NCBI RefSeq assembly: GCF_039830195.1
Contig: NZ_JBDODG010000007.1
Coordinates: forward strand, 4,638 to 68,637
Direction of reading: 5' to 3'
From: Acetobacterium sp.
GTDB taxonomy: Bacteria; Bacillota; Clostridia; Eubacteriales; Eubacteriaceae
DNA: 64,000 nucleotides
The translations under genes and the position numbers were made by a program. Below the pieces are notes generated by a model. That model was not told the DNA's origin. It worked only from the letters and a program-made list of their open reading frames with translations, and made no database searches. Shown one piece after another: positions 48,969-59,712 of this stretch (within the stretch, counting starts at the first letter, position 1; each line of letters begins with the position of its first letter).

Positions 48969-49400
48969 TTATTCGGCTTTCTTGCTGAATAAGGCACTAA
49001 CATCCTTAATCGTGCCATCTTCGCCATAGCTGTAAAGGGCGGTGGTATCCTTTTTACCGGTGGTAATCACAGCAAAGGTGCGGGCGGCCTCGGGAGAATC
49101 GGTATTATGATCAACCCAGGTGCCGGTGTTCAGGTAATATTGCCCATCGCCCAGCTCCTGATAAATCGGCACATGGGTATGGCCAAACAGCACCACCTCG
49201 ACATTTTCGTTCGAATTTTCCAGATACTGGGTTTTCGCCTGACCGAAGTAATATTCCCAGTCGAGTGCACCGGCAACCGCTTCACTGAAGTTATTGGGAA
49301 CCTTGATCTTATTAAGACTCTGTCGCTGCGCCCAGGTGCGCTGAATATTCTTAAACAGTACCGGGGCCGAAATCGTTCCGTCCGCCTGCTGGGCTGCTAT
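48969..49400 (-). pseudogene. C-terminal fragment of a metallophosphoesterase
   Basis: Frame open for 144 codons from ATA 49400 with VLFGHTH and YLNTGTW; N-terminal metal motifs absent. Confidence 0.7.
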
Positions 49401-49625
49401 CTAGGCTCCTTGTTCTTTATTCACTGCGATGATTTTACCATAAAACAGCTCATACAAATATCTGTTTTTTACTTATTGTCATTTGACAATAAATAAAAAC
49501 GCCTGCCTCCGGCTACCTTTGTCATCCCTAACTTAATAAAGACCCTGCGCCTTCACGTCACAGGGTTTTTCCCGACTATTTTTCTTTTTTTATACCATCT
49601 TTTAATTTTTATTCTTGCCGGGGAC

Positions 49626-51590
49626 TTAAAGCATCTCAGCTTTTAAAACATCATGGTCTTTTAGTATTTTTTCAATCACGGTTCCTTTTGTAAAATGAAT
49701 AATTGGTTTTTTTATCAGATTCAGCGGGCCCGGCAGTTCAATTTCCAATGGTGATTTTCCATCCATCAGTTTAACACTGCTGTCAAGCAGCTCTCTGATA
49801 TCATAGACACTCCCCCAAACTTCCGGCACACCTCGATCAACACCAAGCAGCCCATAGACCGATTCCATTGCGGTTCTTACTGAATACTCGGTTGTAAAGA
49901 CGGTATCTCTGGGGGTTTCGGCAAACTGCCCCAGAAAAGCAAAATTAACGCAGCCATCCGGAATGACATCGGGTCGGTCCCCTTTGGTTCGTGGCATGAA
50001 AAAGGCGGTAATATAAGGCATCATGGTTGGTACACAGATGGCACTGTTTTCAGCCAGTTCATCAATTTGATTGACTGGCACACCCAAATGATACAACCAT
50101 TCTTTAGTAATTTCTTTGCCGGTACAATCTTTCATTGGTTTTTTTATGTAATCTCCCGATACATCTGAGAATAAGCCATAGACCCATACACACACTTTGT
50201 CTTTATCCTGTTCCTTGAACTGTCCTTGTCGGTTAATGGTCCAGCTGAGCAGCCATGACGAATCCACACAGCTGACAATCCCACCGGTGACGACTTTACC
50301 GCTTTTGGGATCTCTTTTACAGATATTTGTGAGATATGGCATTATTTTATCGTCTAAGGTTGTGATCGTTGCTGATTCCCAATTTGTTTTCTTAATATCA
50401 GAGCAGAACTTTTCCGGATGTCCAAATGCCGGATCCTGCTGGGCGATGTTTTTCCACAAGCTCCAGCTGCCACTGGTTCTCACTTCGGCATCCCCGTTTG
50501 GCGCATGATTCTGATCGCCGTAAATTGTTCCTTCGGTGCAGCTTCCATTTGTCACAAAAACCAGATCATTTTCTGTCAGCACCAGCCCTTTCTCAACTCC
50601 GTTTACGTTATATTCAATTGCTTTGGCGACCTTTTTATTATCAGCGATCTCAAAGATGACATTGGTTACTTCGGTATTAAATTCAAATTTTACACCGGCT
50701 GCTTCCAGATACTTCTGCATCGGTAGAATTAATGATTCATACTGGTTATATTTGGTAAATTTCAAGGCGCTAAAATCCGGCAATCCGGCAATGTGGTGAA
50801 TAAATCGTTGAAAATACAGTTTCATCTCCAGCGCACTGTGCCAGTTCTCAAAGGCAAACATCGTTCGCCAGTAAAGCCAGAACGTGGAATCGAACACCTC
50901 TTCATCAAATACATCCTCAATGGTTTTGTCATATAAATCTTCATCCTTTGTCATGAAGAGTTTCATGATTTCCATGCAGCCCTTCTGACTTAAATTAAAT
51001 TTCCCATCTGTCTGGGCATCAACGCCCTGATTTCTGGTGGCACGGCACAACGAATAATTGGGATCTTCTTTGTTTAACCAATAAAATTCATCCAAAACTG
51101 AGGCACCCGGGATTTCAAGCGACGGAATACTGCGAAACAAGTCCCACAGACACTCGAAATGGTTTTCCATTTCCCGGCCGCCCCGCATCACATATCCTCT
51201 GGTCGGATCTTCAATTCCATCACAGGCCCCACCGGCGACATCCATCGCCTCCAGAATATGAATGTGCGAGCCCGGCATTTGTCCATCCCGAACCAGAAAA
51301 CAAGCCGTTGCCAGTGCCGCTAAGCCACTACCGACAATGTAGGCGTTTTTGTCATCGACCCCTTCTGGTTTTCTGGGGGTTGCAAAAGCTTCGTAATTAC
51401 CATTGGTATAATAGATCCCCTTACTATTTTTTTGATGTTTCCCACGTTCGGTGTTCCGGTAATTGGAATCCTGGGGTATTTGCTTTTTCTCATTATTTTT
51501 TTTCAGCTTGTTTTTTACCACCATTGCGGTGGCCCCGGCGCCAGCCACTGCCACTGTTGCCAATCCGACTTTCACTTTTTTATTTGCCAT
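49626..51590 (-). CDS. ohyA: Oleate hydratase (myosin-cross-reactive antigen family)
   Basis: VGSGLAALATA, RGGREM, YNQYES, NGS, WESAT, FTTEYSVRTAM. Confidence 0.93.
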   Translation of the reverse strand: MANKKVKVGLATVAVAGAGATAMVVKNKLKKNNEKKQIPQDSNYRNTERGKHQKNSKGIYYTNGNYEAFATPRKPEGVDDKNAYIVGSGLAALATACFLVRDGQMPGSHIHILEAMDVAGGACDGIEDPTRGYVMRGGREMENHFECLWDLFRSIPSLEIPGASVLDEFYWLNKEDPNYSLCRATRNQGVDAQTDGKFNLSQKGCMEIMKLFMTKDEDLYDKTIEDVFDEEVFDSTFWLYWRTMFAFENWHSALEMKLYFQRFIHHIAGLPDFSALKFTKYNQYESLILPMQKYLEAAGVKFEFNTEVTNVIFEIADNKKVAKAIEYNVNGVEKGLVLTENDLVFVTNGSCTEGTIYGDQNHAPNGDAEVRTSGSWSLWKNIAQQDPAFGHPEKFCSDIKKTNWESATITTLDDKIMPYLTNICKRDPKSGKVVTGGIVSCVDSSWLLSWTINRQGQFKEQDKDKVCVWVYGLFSDVSGDYIKKPMKDCTGKEITKEWLYHLGVPVNQIDELAENSAICVPTMMPYITAFFMPRTKGDRPDVIPDGCVNFAFLGQFAETPRDTVFTTEYSVRTAMESVYGLLGVDRGVPEVWGSVYDIRELLDSSVKLMDGKSPLEIELPGPLNLIKKPIIHFTKGTVIEKILKDHDVLKAEML

Positions 51591-51673
51591 TAAATGATCC
51601 TGCCTTTCATCACGCTTCAACGCTAATAGGTTTTTTCTTTATGGTAAGGCTTTTTTAATGACTTATCAATTTA

Positions 51674-51718
51674 CAAAACAGGCAGAATGATAAAAAATTG
51701 ATCACTCTGCCTGTTTTG
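51674..51718. terminator. Hairpin between tetR and ohyA (terminator or operator)
   Basis: CAAAACAGGCAGA...TCTGCCTGTTTTG. Confidence 0.55.
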
Positions 51719-51730
51719 ATAAAAAGATAC

Positions 51731-52297
51731 TTATTCATGATGTTTGGCTGCGAAATTTTGAATTGAATTGGCAATATTACCGCTGAGGGTTGTGCTCATT
51801 TTGTCAACAATGGCATTCGGATCCTCACTCATGCCTTTTTTAATCCAATCCAGCATCATTCCCACAAAACCGTATTTGTAGAACTCGGCGATAAAATTCA
51901 TCTCTGCCTCGGTAATTGACCGATCCCGGACCTGTTCTTTAACCACCCCTTCCAGGAGTCCATAAGTCAACTGATATAAATAATTTTCTATTTGCTCTCT
52001 ACTCACCGAGCGATAAACATTCAAGATAAAGGGTTTGTTCTCTAAAACCGCTTCAAACAGCTGCAGCAGACCTTCCTGCCAGGTTTGATATGTTTTTTTC
52101 CCCTGCAAAGCTCTTTTTCCATCTTCTTCACAGCTCCATTCCACTAAATCGTAGATGTCTTTAAAATGGTAGTAGAATGTCATTCTGCTAATTCCGCAAT
52201 CCGTTGCCAGATCACTAATTGTAATCTTGTCAAATGGTTTTATGAGTAATAGTTTTTTTAAAGACACTTCCAAATCTGCTTTTGTAGAATTTGACAT
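51731..52297 (-). CDS. TetR/AcrR-family regulator (DhaS-like)
   Basis: KPFDKITISDLATDCGISRMTFYYHFKDIYDL. Confidence 0.92.
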   Translation of the reverse strand: MSNSTKADLEVSLKKLLLIKPFDKITISDLATDCGISRMTFYYHFKDIYDLVEWSCEEDGKRALQGKKTYQTWQEGLLQLFEAVLENKPFILNVYRSVSREQIENYLYQLTYGLLEGVVKEQVRDRSITEAEMNFIAEFYKYGFVGMMLDWIKKGMSEDPNAIVDKMSTTLSGNIANSIQNFAAKHHE

Positions 52298-52324
52298 AAT
52301 CGGTCCCTTCTGTTCTGTAATTTT

Positions 52325-55300
52325 TTAAACTCTTCTTTGTTCATGTATCGTTCTTAGCAGGTCCCCCACCGCTTCCGCCGAAAGCGGCGGATAAAAATAA
52401 TAGCCCTGAATGACCCGACAACCTGCCGCCAGCAGGAATTCAAGCTGTTCTCCGGTCTCGACCCCTTCGGCCACCAGCTCCAGATCAAAAATAACGGCCA
52501 GGGCAATAATCGCCCGGATAATACCGATACTGCTGACGTCTTTGGGCAGCCCATCAATAAACCGCTTGTCGATTTTAATCTCGTCCACCGGCAGATTTTT
52601 CAGCCGATCCAAAGATGAGTACTCAGTCCCGAAATCATCAATTGAAATGGCTACGCCCAGTTGTTTTAGGTCCTGAACGGTCTGGTCAATATGGGTGAAA
52701 TCATATACGTTGATACTTTCCGTTATTTCAACTACCAGCGTTTTGGGTTTCAGATCAAATTCCTGAATTACCGCAGCAATCCGCGGGACAATCCCCGCCG
52801 CCATAAACTGAACCATCGAAAAATTCACCGATATCCGCATCGGACCCAGTCCCATCATTTCCCAGGCCTTGTTCTGGCGACAGGCTTCCCGCAGTACCCA
52901 GTCTCCCAGTTCATTGATCAGGCCGTTTTTTTCGGCAATCGGGATGAAAATTCCTGGGGATACCATCCCTAATTGGGGATGGTACCAACGAGCCAGCGCC
53001 TCAAGACCAACAATTTCACCTGTGCGGCCATCCACCTGCGGTTGATAGTGGAGACTCAACTGCCCCTGTTCGATGGCCTGGTAAAGATCATTAGACAGAG
53101 CCATTTCGCGATTTTGAGCGGCTTTCAGTTCCGATGAACAGAATACCGCCTTGTTTTTTCCGTTTTCTTTGGCATGATACATCGCCAGATCAGCGTGTTT
53201 CATCAATTCTTCAGCCCGTTCCCCATCCTCCGGCGCCAGGGCGATGCCAATACTTAAGGTTAAAAATAGTTTCCGGCTATTTAGTCGGATTGGCTCCAGA
53301 AACTCCTGCTGAATTTTGTCTATGGTCGACGTAAGGCCCCTTCGTTGGTGAACCATGACAGCAAATTCATCGCCACCGAAGCGCGCTGAAAAATCCGCTT
53401 TGTCAAGGACATTGGTAATGCGCTGACCAATCACCATCAGGATCCGATCACCGACATCATGACCAAAGGTATCATTGATGGTTTTAAAGCCATCCACATC
53501 GATGAATATCACCGCAATGTCAAGATTGGCTGACACCGCCTGATTGAGACGATCAGTAAAATAGGCACGATTCATCAACCCGGTGATGCCATCGTAATTC
53601 GCCTGGTAAGTGATTGCTTTTTCAACCATCAGTTTTCTGTCAATCTCAATGATGCTGTGATGGAGAATGGTCATAAATTCCTGATAGTCATTTTTCCAGA
53701 CCGCTTCCCGGTCAAATCGGGCGAACCACAAAAAGCCCCGAAAACCCTCTTGGGCGTCGCCCAGGGGTTGAATCATCTGAGCGGTGATCCCCCATTGTGT
53801 GGGCAAGGCAGCGGTACCAGCTGACTCCGACGACGGCAAATTTTTGATCACTCGAAACTGCTCGGGCATCAAGGCAAACAATTCTGATACTGGCATCAAT
53901 TCAAAATACCGGTAGACTCGCGGCTTTAACAGCGCTTCCCGCTGTGGCTCTAAAAACCATTGATAGCCTTCATGGGGGCCATCTTCATGCACGATCAACA
54001 ACAGCACATGCTGGGCTGCAAACTGGTCGCCACAAAGGCCTAGCATGGTTTCCATTTTCTTTTCGACGTTCTGTTCGCTGACTTTCAGAAACAGGGCGTT
54101 AATCTCCGACAGCAGTTTTTGTTGTCCGGTTTTTTCCTGATTTTCCTGGATCACCCGATTGAAGGTCCGATTGATATAGAAAGCAAAAAACAACACCACT
54201 GCCAGGACGATCAACCGAATCAGGTGATCGACCCAGTTAAAATTAACAACCACTGTCGTCGCCCGGACAGCCACCACCACCAGACTTATTAACGTCGCTA
54301 CTCCGACTGAGGCTAGGAGGCGTTTCTGCCCAAATAGAACCGTGATCAGAATCAGGGCCACCGGCAGCATCCAACCCGTCAACGGATCAGCTGTAGAATA
54401 GCTAAGATTAGTCACCAAAATGGCGCTCCCCATCACCCCTCCCGACAACCAGTCCCGGACATTGCTTGTCAGTTTCAGGTATTGAAAACTCAAAAGCAGC
54501 ACGCCGCATAGAAATAAGAAACCGCCAAACACAAAAATCTCTTCGAGGGATTTTCGGCCCGTAAAATAGGTCATCACAAAGCTGACAAATCCGCTGAAGA
54601 AAAAACCCAAGGCCAGATACTGGTAAAGCCGCATCCTGGTGGCAACACTGATGTTTCCCTGGGCATCGCTAAGACCCTCGTTCTGAATAGGTTTCATGAA
54701 CCCATAGCGTTTGAGGCAGTAAAAACTCAAGCCGATTGGAATGGTCATTAGAATTGGCGCCAATTGCAGGACTTTTACCTCGAGCAAATTATTGAGCACT
54801 ATCTCAGTCAGTGAACCCAGCAACAATACCCCCACAAAGGCAGGGATCAGGATTTGCGCTGATTTGCGATCTTCCTGACGGACGGCCTGACGGCCCCAAC
54901 GATAGACAATCACAATGGCTAATAGCGAGTAGCTTAAATAGTAGGCGGTGTATAGATAATCCCAGAAGGTACTGCCGGCAATATTGATCCAGCCCATCGG
55001 AGTCTGAACGAGATCAAAGGTAGACTCGGCCAAATCTGTCAAAACCCCGTAGACCAGAACCGAATAAATAGCCGGCAGATACAACAGCAACAGACTGAAT
55101 TTTCGCTTCAGCCAGTGGCCGTTATTGGTCATTAAAATAAAGAGGTGCAGTATCAATGCAAAATAAGGCCCCCAGCCAAAGGCTCCCAGGCGGCGCCAGA
55201 ACAGACAGGTACTCAAATCCGGAGCGGCGATCGACAAGCCCATGGTAAAAGACCAGAGCGCCAGACTCAGGCAACTGATGAAGAAAATCTGCAACAGCCG

Positions 55301-55396
55301 GGAGCGGTGATCATTACCCAGGACCAAAAGTCCCGTAAAAAAACAAAATGCGGTTGTCGGAAAATAAATAAATGAAATTGTTAATGCCTGATCCAT
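52325..55396 (-). CDS. Multi-TM (HisKA_7TM-like N-terminus) GGDEF-EAL protein
   Basis: About 12 TMs, RFGGDEF, GLEALAR, DDFGTEYS, AEGVET. Confidence 0.9.
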   Translation of the reverse strand: MDQALTISFIYFPTTAFCFFTGLLVLGNDHRSRLLQIFFISCLSLALWSFTMGLSIAAPDLSTCLFWRRLGAFGWGPYFALILHLFILMTNNGHWLKRKFSLLLLYLPAIYSVLVYGVLTDLAESTFDLVQTPMGWINIAGSTFWDYLYTAYYLSYSLLAIVIVYRWGRQAVRQEDRKSAQILIPAFVGVLLLGSLTEIVLNNLLEVKVLQLAPILMTIPIGLSFYCLKRYGFMKPIQNEGLSDAQGNISVATRMRLYQYLALGFFFSGFVSFVMTYFTGRKSLEEIFVFGGFLFLCGVLLLSFQYLKLTSNVRDWLSGGVMGSAILVTNLSYSTADPLTGWMLPVALILITVLFGQKRLLASVGVATLISLVVVAVRATTVVVNFNWVDHLIRLIVLAVVLFFAFYINRTFNRVIQENQEKTGQQKLLSEINALFLKVSEQNVEKKMETMLGLCGDQFAAQHVLLLIVHEDGPHEGYQWFLEPQREALLKPRVYRYFELMPVSELFALMPEQFRVIKNLPSSESAGTAALPTQWGITAQMIQPLGDAQEGFRGFLWFARFDREAVWKNDYQEFMTILHHSIIEIDRKLMVEKAITYQANYDGITGLMNRAYFTDRLNQAVSANLDIAVIFIDVDGFKTINDTFGHDVGDRILMVIGQRITNVLDKADFSARFGGDEFAVMVHQRRGLTSTIDKIQQEFLEPIRLNSRKLFLTLSIGIALAPEDGERAEELMKHADLAMYHAKENGKNKAVFCSSELKAAQNREMALSNDLYQAIEQGQLSLHYQPQVDGRTGEIVGLEALARWYHPQLGMVSPGIFIPIAEKNGLINELGDWVLREACRQNKAWEMMGLGPMRISVNFSMVQFMAAGIVPRIAAVIQEFDLKPKTLVVEITESINVYDFTHIDQTVQDLKQLGVAISIDDFGTEYSSLDRLKNLPVDEIKIDKRFIDGLPKDVSSIGIIRAIIALAVIFDLELVAEGVETGEQLEFLLAAGCRVIQGYYFYPPLSAEAVGDLLRTIHEQRRV

Positions 55397-55662
55397 AAGC
55401 CCTCCCTGATTAAACTAACCTTTCTTCTCCTGTTGTAACCATGCCCGTCATCGCCACTGTAGATTGAATTTGGCCAGGTTAATGCCTAATTATAAACATC
55501 GGCTAAAAATGATGTTTCTTGACAGTAAATTTTTGGCGACTTCAGAAACGTTTGCCATTTTTAGCAAAATCAGAAATCTTAAACTCATCGAAAAGGCCTG
55601 CCGTAGAAATATATCCTTCGCCAGGCCCTTGCTTTCATTATATTAGCTTCTCAATTAAAATA

Positions 55663-57129
55663 TTACGTCCCGCAATAGGTCTTATAAGGACTACTTGACG
55701 GTTCCGGTGGGGTCATAAATTCCTGATTAAGCGCATTGTAATCATATGGTGCTTGCAGCACTGCCACTAACTGCTGCAGGGGCTTAAGATCATCCTGATC
55801 GGTCGCCGCCTGCAAGACTTTTTCAACCTGATGATTTCTGGGGATGACCACCGGATTCGCCTGTTTCATGAGCTGCTTGCTGTCGTGATCGGTTTGCTCC
55901 TGTCTTTCCCGACGGGCTTGCCACCTGGCCAGCCAATCTTTAAAATCATCACTTTCGTATAATTCAGACGACTGGGTTCGGTCGAGAGTTAAATCAACAA
56001 AGGTATTAGTATAATCGGCCTGATACTCCTTCATTAACCCCAATAAGTCGGCGATCAACCGCTCGTCTTCTGGTTCTTCATTGGCAATCCCCAGTTTTAA
56101 GCGCATTCCCTGGAGCCAGTCCGCCTGATATAGTGAAGGAAAGTTTCGCAGTGAGGCTTCAACTAATTGAAGGCCCTGTTGCTGATTATCATCGACTAAG
56201 GGAATCAGGGTTTCGGCCAGACGGGCCAGATTCCATAAGCCAATATTGGGTTGATTCCGATAGGCATACCGTCCCTGCAGATCAATGGAACTGAACACCG
56301 TGGTCGGATCATAGTGATCCATAAAGGCACAGGGCCCATAGTCGATAGTCTCGCCACTGATGGTCACATTATCGGTGTTCATGACCCCGTGGATAAAGCC
56401 GACCAGCTGCCATTTGGCAATCAGCGCCGCCTGTCCTTTGATGACTTCATCCAACAAACCCAAATAGGCATTTTGTTCTGCCTGAAGCCAAGGAAAATGG
56501 CGGTTAATGGCATAATCGGCCAAAGCCTTAACATCCGCAGTGGTCCCCCACTGCGCGGCATATTCAAAGGTGCCGACCCGCAGATGACTGGCCGCCACCC
56601 GGGTTAAAACAGCCCCTTTGAGCGGGTTTTCGCGATACACCGGATCGCCCGTTGTCACAACCGCCAAACTGCGGGAAGTAGGAATGCCCAGATAATGCAT
56701 CGCTTCACTGATCAGATATTCCCGCAGCATCGGGCCCAGCGCCGCTTTGCCATCGCCATTGCGGGAATAAGGCGTTCTGCCGGAACCCTTGAGTTGGATA
56801 TCAAAGCGCTCACCGGCTGGGGTGATCTGTTCGCCAATTAGCATGGCCCGGCCATCACCAAGCATCGTAAAATAACCAAATTGATGACCGGCATAAGCCT
56901 GGGCGATTGGTTTGGCATTGGCCGGTAAAGCCTGACCGGCTAAGATATCGATCCCGGCTTGACTCCTCAGCGCCTCAGCATCCAAACCAAGATTTTCTGC
57001 TAAGTGTTGATTCAAAATTACCAGTTTCGGCGCGCTGACCGACCCTAATTTAAGCGGAGTATAGAATAACTCCGGCAATTTTGCATAACTATTTTCCAAA
57101 TTCCAACCGATATCTTTTTTTTTCATCAT
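55663..57129 (-). CDS. selO: SelO/YdiU-family protein adenylyltransferase
   Basis: [50 protein letters not shown]-terminal YCGT. Confidence 0.93.
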   Translation of the reverse strand: MMKKKDIGWNLENSYAKLPELFYTPLKLGSVSAPKLVILNQHLAENLGLDAEALRSQAGIDILAGQALPANAKPIAQAYAGHQFGYFTMLGDGRAMLIGEQITPAGERFDIQLKGSGRTPYSRNGDGKAALGPMLREYLISEAMHYLGIPTSRSLAVVTTGDPVYRENPLKGAVLTRVAASHLRVGTFEYAAQWGTTADVKALADYAINRHFPWLQAEQNAYLGLLDEVIKGQAALIAKWQLVGFIHGVMNTDNVTISGETIDYGPCAFMDHYDPTTVFSSIDLQGRYAYRNQPNIGLWNLARLAETLIPLVDDNQQQGLQLVEASLRNFPSLYQADWLQGMRLKLGIANEEPEDERLIADLLGLMKEYQADYTNTFVDLTLDRTQSSELYESDDFKDWLARWQARRERQEQTDHDSKQLMKQANPVVIPRNHQVEKVLQAATDQDDLKPLQQLVAVLQAPYDYNALNQEFMTPPEPSSSPYKTYCGT

Positions 57130-57353
57130 TATCACCACTTCTTTCGTTTCACTCAAAGCCCACGCGACCTGAAACAACTTGTCATCTGTGATGGCATAAC
57201 CAACTAAGCGACACAAAGTCATTCCCAAATCGAAACGCCAATTTTCTTTACATTTCCCTCTCCAGCCCTTATACTCAACATATGTCCATTTTACAGGCAT
57301 TTAAACAATGTTTTCCGGATGTAATCGCACATTATGATCGAGAGGTAAAAAAC

Positions 57354-57641
57354 ATGTTTCGAATTTGGGGAAAACTGATGAAACAAAACAAATTTCTGGA
57401 AGAGAAAGTTGTCGAATTTGATGACAATTCTTTGAATATAAATGATAAAATACAAACCGCTTTAGAGCTCATCTGCTATGACTTTGATTTGGAAAAACCG
57501 ATGTGGTTTGACAAAAATACAATAGAACTTAATCAGATTTCCAAGACAACTTTTCGTGAAGACCAGTTTATCGAATCCATTTGGTTTGATTATTTAGAGC
57601 TTGAAATTATTGACGATGGTAGAAAGAATAAAAAATTCTGA
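57354..57641 (+). CDS. Conserved clostridial hypothetical protein
   Basis: MFRIWGKL...ICYDFDLEKPMWF...KTTFREDQFIE; RBS GAGG. Confidence 0.75.
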   Translation: MFRIWGKLMKQNKFLEEKVVEFDDNSLNINDKIQTALELICYDFDLEKPMWFDKNTIELNQISKTTFREDQFIESIWFDYLELEIIDDGRKNKKF

Positions 57642-57662
57642 TAACTAAAGGAGAAGAAGGTA

Positions 57663-57851
57663 ATGGCTATGAATAAAAAAAATGGCAGAAAATTATCCTG
57701 GGAACTGTCAGCTTTACTGTTAATTGGCATACTTTCCAAAACCAATGACGATGACCACTTGACAGGCACGATAAAGATCCCCCGGATGGAATCCCTCCGG
57801 GGCTTGAATAAATCGTTCAATGCCGGCAAAGCCACAAACATCGGCGCCTAA
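57663..57851 (+). other. Short ORF with RBS; probably a truncated N-terminus joined to an antisense remnant
   Basis: AAGGAGAAGAAGGT before ATG; 3' half is the reverse strand of the QueG-like stub. Confidence 0.35.
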
Positions 57852-57884
57852 ATCCAAAACTTTTTTTCTGATCGATTCTTTCAC
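57720..57884 (-). pseudogene. N-terminal stub of a QueG-like protein
   Basis: RBS CAGGAGG + GTG; MKESIRKKVLDLGADVCGFAGIERFIQAPEGFHPGDLYRACQVVIVIG, then stop. Confidence 0.65.
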
Positions 57885-57940
57885 ATTAACCTCCTGAATT
57901 CACCATCTTACAACTGTTTATCTTTGCTTAATTATAAATT

Positions 57941-58567
57941 TCACTGCACCGAATGGATCAGCGCATAAAAATACTCCGAGTCTTGCGTTTTATAAAGCTG
58001 ATACCAGGCGGCTAATGTTTCTGGTGAAAAAACATCCAGCGCCTTCAACACTGCCACCGTAAATTCCAAAGGTGCTACCCCGGTCGCTGTAATCAGGTTG
58101 CCATCGGTAACAACCGGGTCATTTTTGTAATAGTCTTCACCTTGATAATTTGGACAGATCATTTTTAGATATCCCAGATCATTGCTTGTATGATTGCTTG
58201 AATCTAGAAGTCCATTTTGAGCCAGTGCCATTGTCGCACCGCAGATGGCTGCTACAATAATATTCTTCTCGATACATTTGTTAACTAAACTTATTATTGG
58301 TTGATGAAATGTTTCCATCCACGTTTCGCCGCCAGGTAAGATCAACGCATCCGTTGCTTTGATCTTGCATTCTTTCAAATCAATATCAGGTCGTATTTTC
58401 AACCCGCCCATTGTCGTAATATCGTTCTTTTCAATGCCTAAAGTGACTACTTTAACTGGTGATCGATCCTTCCTGAAATACCTTCCTGAGTTTAACTCTG
58501 CGGTCAAAAAACCGATCTCCCAATCTGCCATTGTATCAAATACATAAACGAATACGGTTCTGTTCAT
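57941..58567 (-). CDS. DJ-1/PfpI-family protein
   Basis: ADWEIG, TMGGL, LILPGG, AAICGAT, LITATG. Confidence 0.9.
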   Translation of the reverse strand: MNRTVFVYVFDTMADWEIGFLTAELNSGRYFRKDRSPVKVVTLGIEKNDITTMGGLKIRPDIDLKECKIKATDALILPGGETWMETFHQPIISLVNKCIEKNIIVAAICGATMALAQNGLLDSSNHTSNDLGYLKMICPNYQGEDYYKNDPVVTDGNLITATGVAPLEFTVAVLKALDVFSPETLAAWYQLYKTQDSEYFYALIHSVQ

Positions 58568-58615
58568 AATAAATTCCTCCTTTTTATGTGCTATGTTTAT
58601 CATACAATTAGGATT

Positions 58616-58660
58616 ATATAACGACTTCCCTGACAACTACTGTCAGGGAAGTCGTTATAT
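58616..58660. promoter_or_regulatory. Perfect 20-bp inverted repeat, candidate WYL-regulator operator
   Basis: ATATAACGACTTCCCTGACA-N5-TGTCAGGGAAGTCGTTATAT; TATAAT at 58618-58613 on the minus strand with no good -35. Confidence 0.65.
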
Positions 58661-59617
58661 TTGATAATATTCCATTAATTCAACGGCGATGGTATATAGT
58701 TTTTCTTTGCAACTCGTTGGTTCAATTACTTGAATGGACTTCCCATAGGTCAGCAGAAAGTGAGCTACATGGTTGTGAATCACATTGTTATCGATTAAGA
58801 ATACTGCCTGGTTTAAAGTTCTCTCCTTCAAATGATGAGACATGAACCAATGATTGCATAAGTCATCTAACGCCTCTGCTCGACCTCCTATGACTAATGG
58901 AATGATGGTGGTATTATTATTCATCTCCGGTATCAGGCTTCTTAGAAAAAATGCTTTTGCTGAAAAATCCTTGGGACGAACAAATACGCTTTCGGTGTGT
59001 GTCATTTTTGTGATCCGTTCTACTCTGAAATTTCTAATTTCACCCCTTAAATGACAAAATCCAACAACATACCATTTGCTACACCAATATAATATCCCAT
59101 AGGGATCAATTACTCTTGAACGATGCTGCTCTTCACTTTTTGTCCGGTACTCAATTTCAATCGCTTGTTGATTAGCAATTGATACCGTTAATTCCTCTAG
59201 TAGAGCTTTAAGGCTTGGGTCAATATGTTGCTTGGCAACTTCAAAACCTACGATATGGCGATTAAGAATACGCGCCTGTTCCTCAGTTGAAAATAACCTT
59301 AGTTTTTCAATCGCACTACTTAGAGCATCACTAAACGGATAGCCTGAGTCCTTTGCATGGGTAGTTGCATAAAGAAGGGCTTTTTTTTCTTCGATATCAA
59401 AAACCAACGGTGCTTGATGAAAATCATTTATCAAAGAATACCCGCCATTATGACCGGAATCTGAAATAATAGGTACGCCACTTGTGTTGAGAGCATCAAT
59501 ATAACGGTAAACGGTTCGTATATTAAGTTCCAATTTTTCAGCAATCTGCTTAGCAGTTATCTTTTTACTTGAACTCAGCATCCATAAAATCGCTAACATA
59601 TTATCATTTTTGGACAA
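58655..59617 (-). CDS. YafY-family HTH-WYL-WCX regulator
   Basis: ITAKQIAEKLELNIRTVYRYIDAL, WYVVGFCHLRGEIRNFRVERI; TTG start 59617. Confidence 0.92.
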   Translation of the reverse strand: MSKNDNMLAILWMLSSSKKITAKQIAEKLELNIRTVYRYIDALNTSGVPIISDSGHNGGYSLINDFHQAPLVFDIEEKKALLYATTHAKDSGYPFSDALSSAIEKLRLFSTEEQARILNRHIVGFEVAKQHIDPSLKALLEELTVSIANQQAIEIEYRTKSEEQHRSRVIDPYGILYWCSKWYVVGFCHLRGEIRNFRVERITKMTHTESVFVRPKDFSAKAFFLRSLIPEMNNNTTIIPLVIGGRAEALDDLCNHWFMSHHLKERTLNQAVFLIDNNVIHNHVAHFLLTYGKSIQVIEPTSCKEKLYTIAVELMEYYQI

Positions 59618-59670
59618 GGTGATTTTCACTTCCCTTCGTGCATATTGAATCAGTAACCACAGGACTTGGC

Positions 59671-59697
59671 ATGACAAACGAAACGCTGCCGAGTCAT
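59671..59697. repeat. 27-bp dispersed repeat, copy B
   Basis: ATGACAAACGAAACGCTGCCGAGTCAT. Confidence 0.8.
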
Positions 59698-59712
59698 ATT
59701 CTAACTTATCGT

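Noticed and set aside
55440-55660. c-di-GMP-I riboswitch upstream of the GGDEF-EAL gene (GGCAAAC on the minus strand)
   Set aside because: The required GAAA tetraloop stem and GACGCAAAGC-like segment are absent.
55663-55680. Selenocysteine in SelO
   Set aside because: The C-terminus is TGC GGG ACG TAA (Cys); no in-frame TGA.
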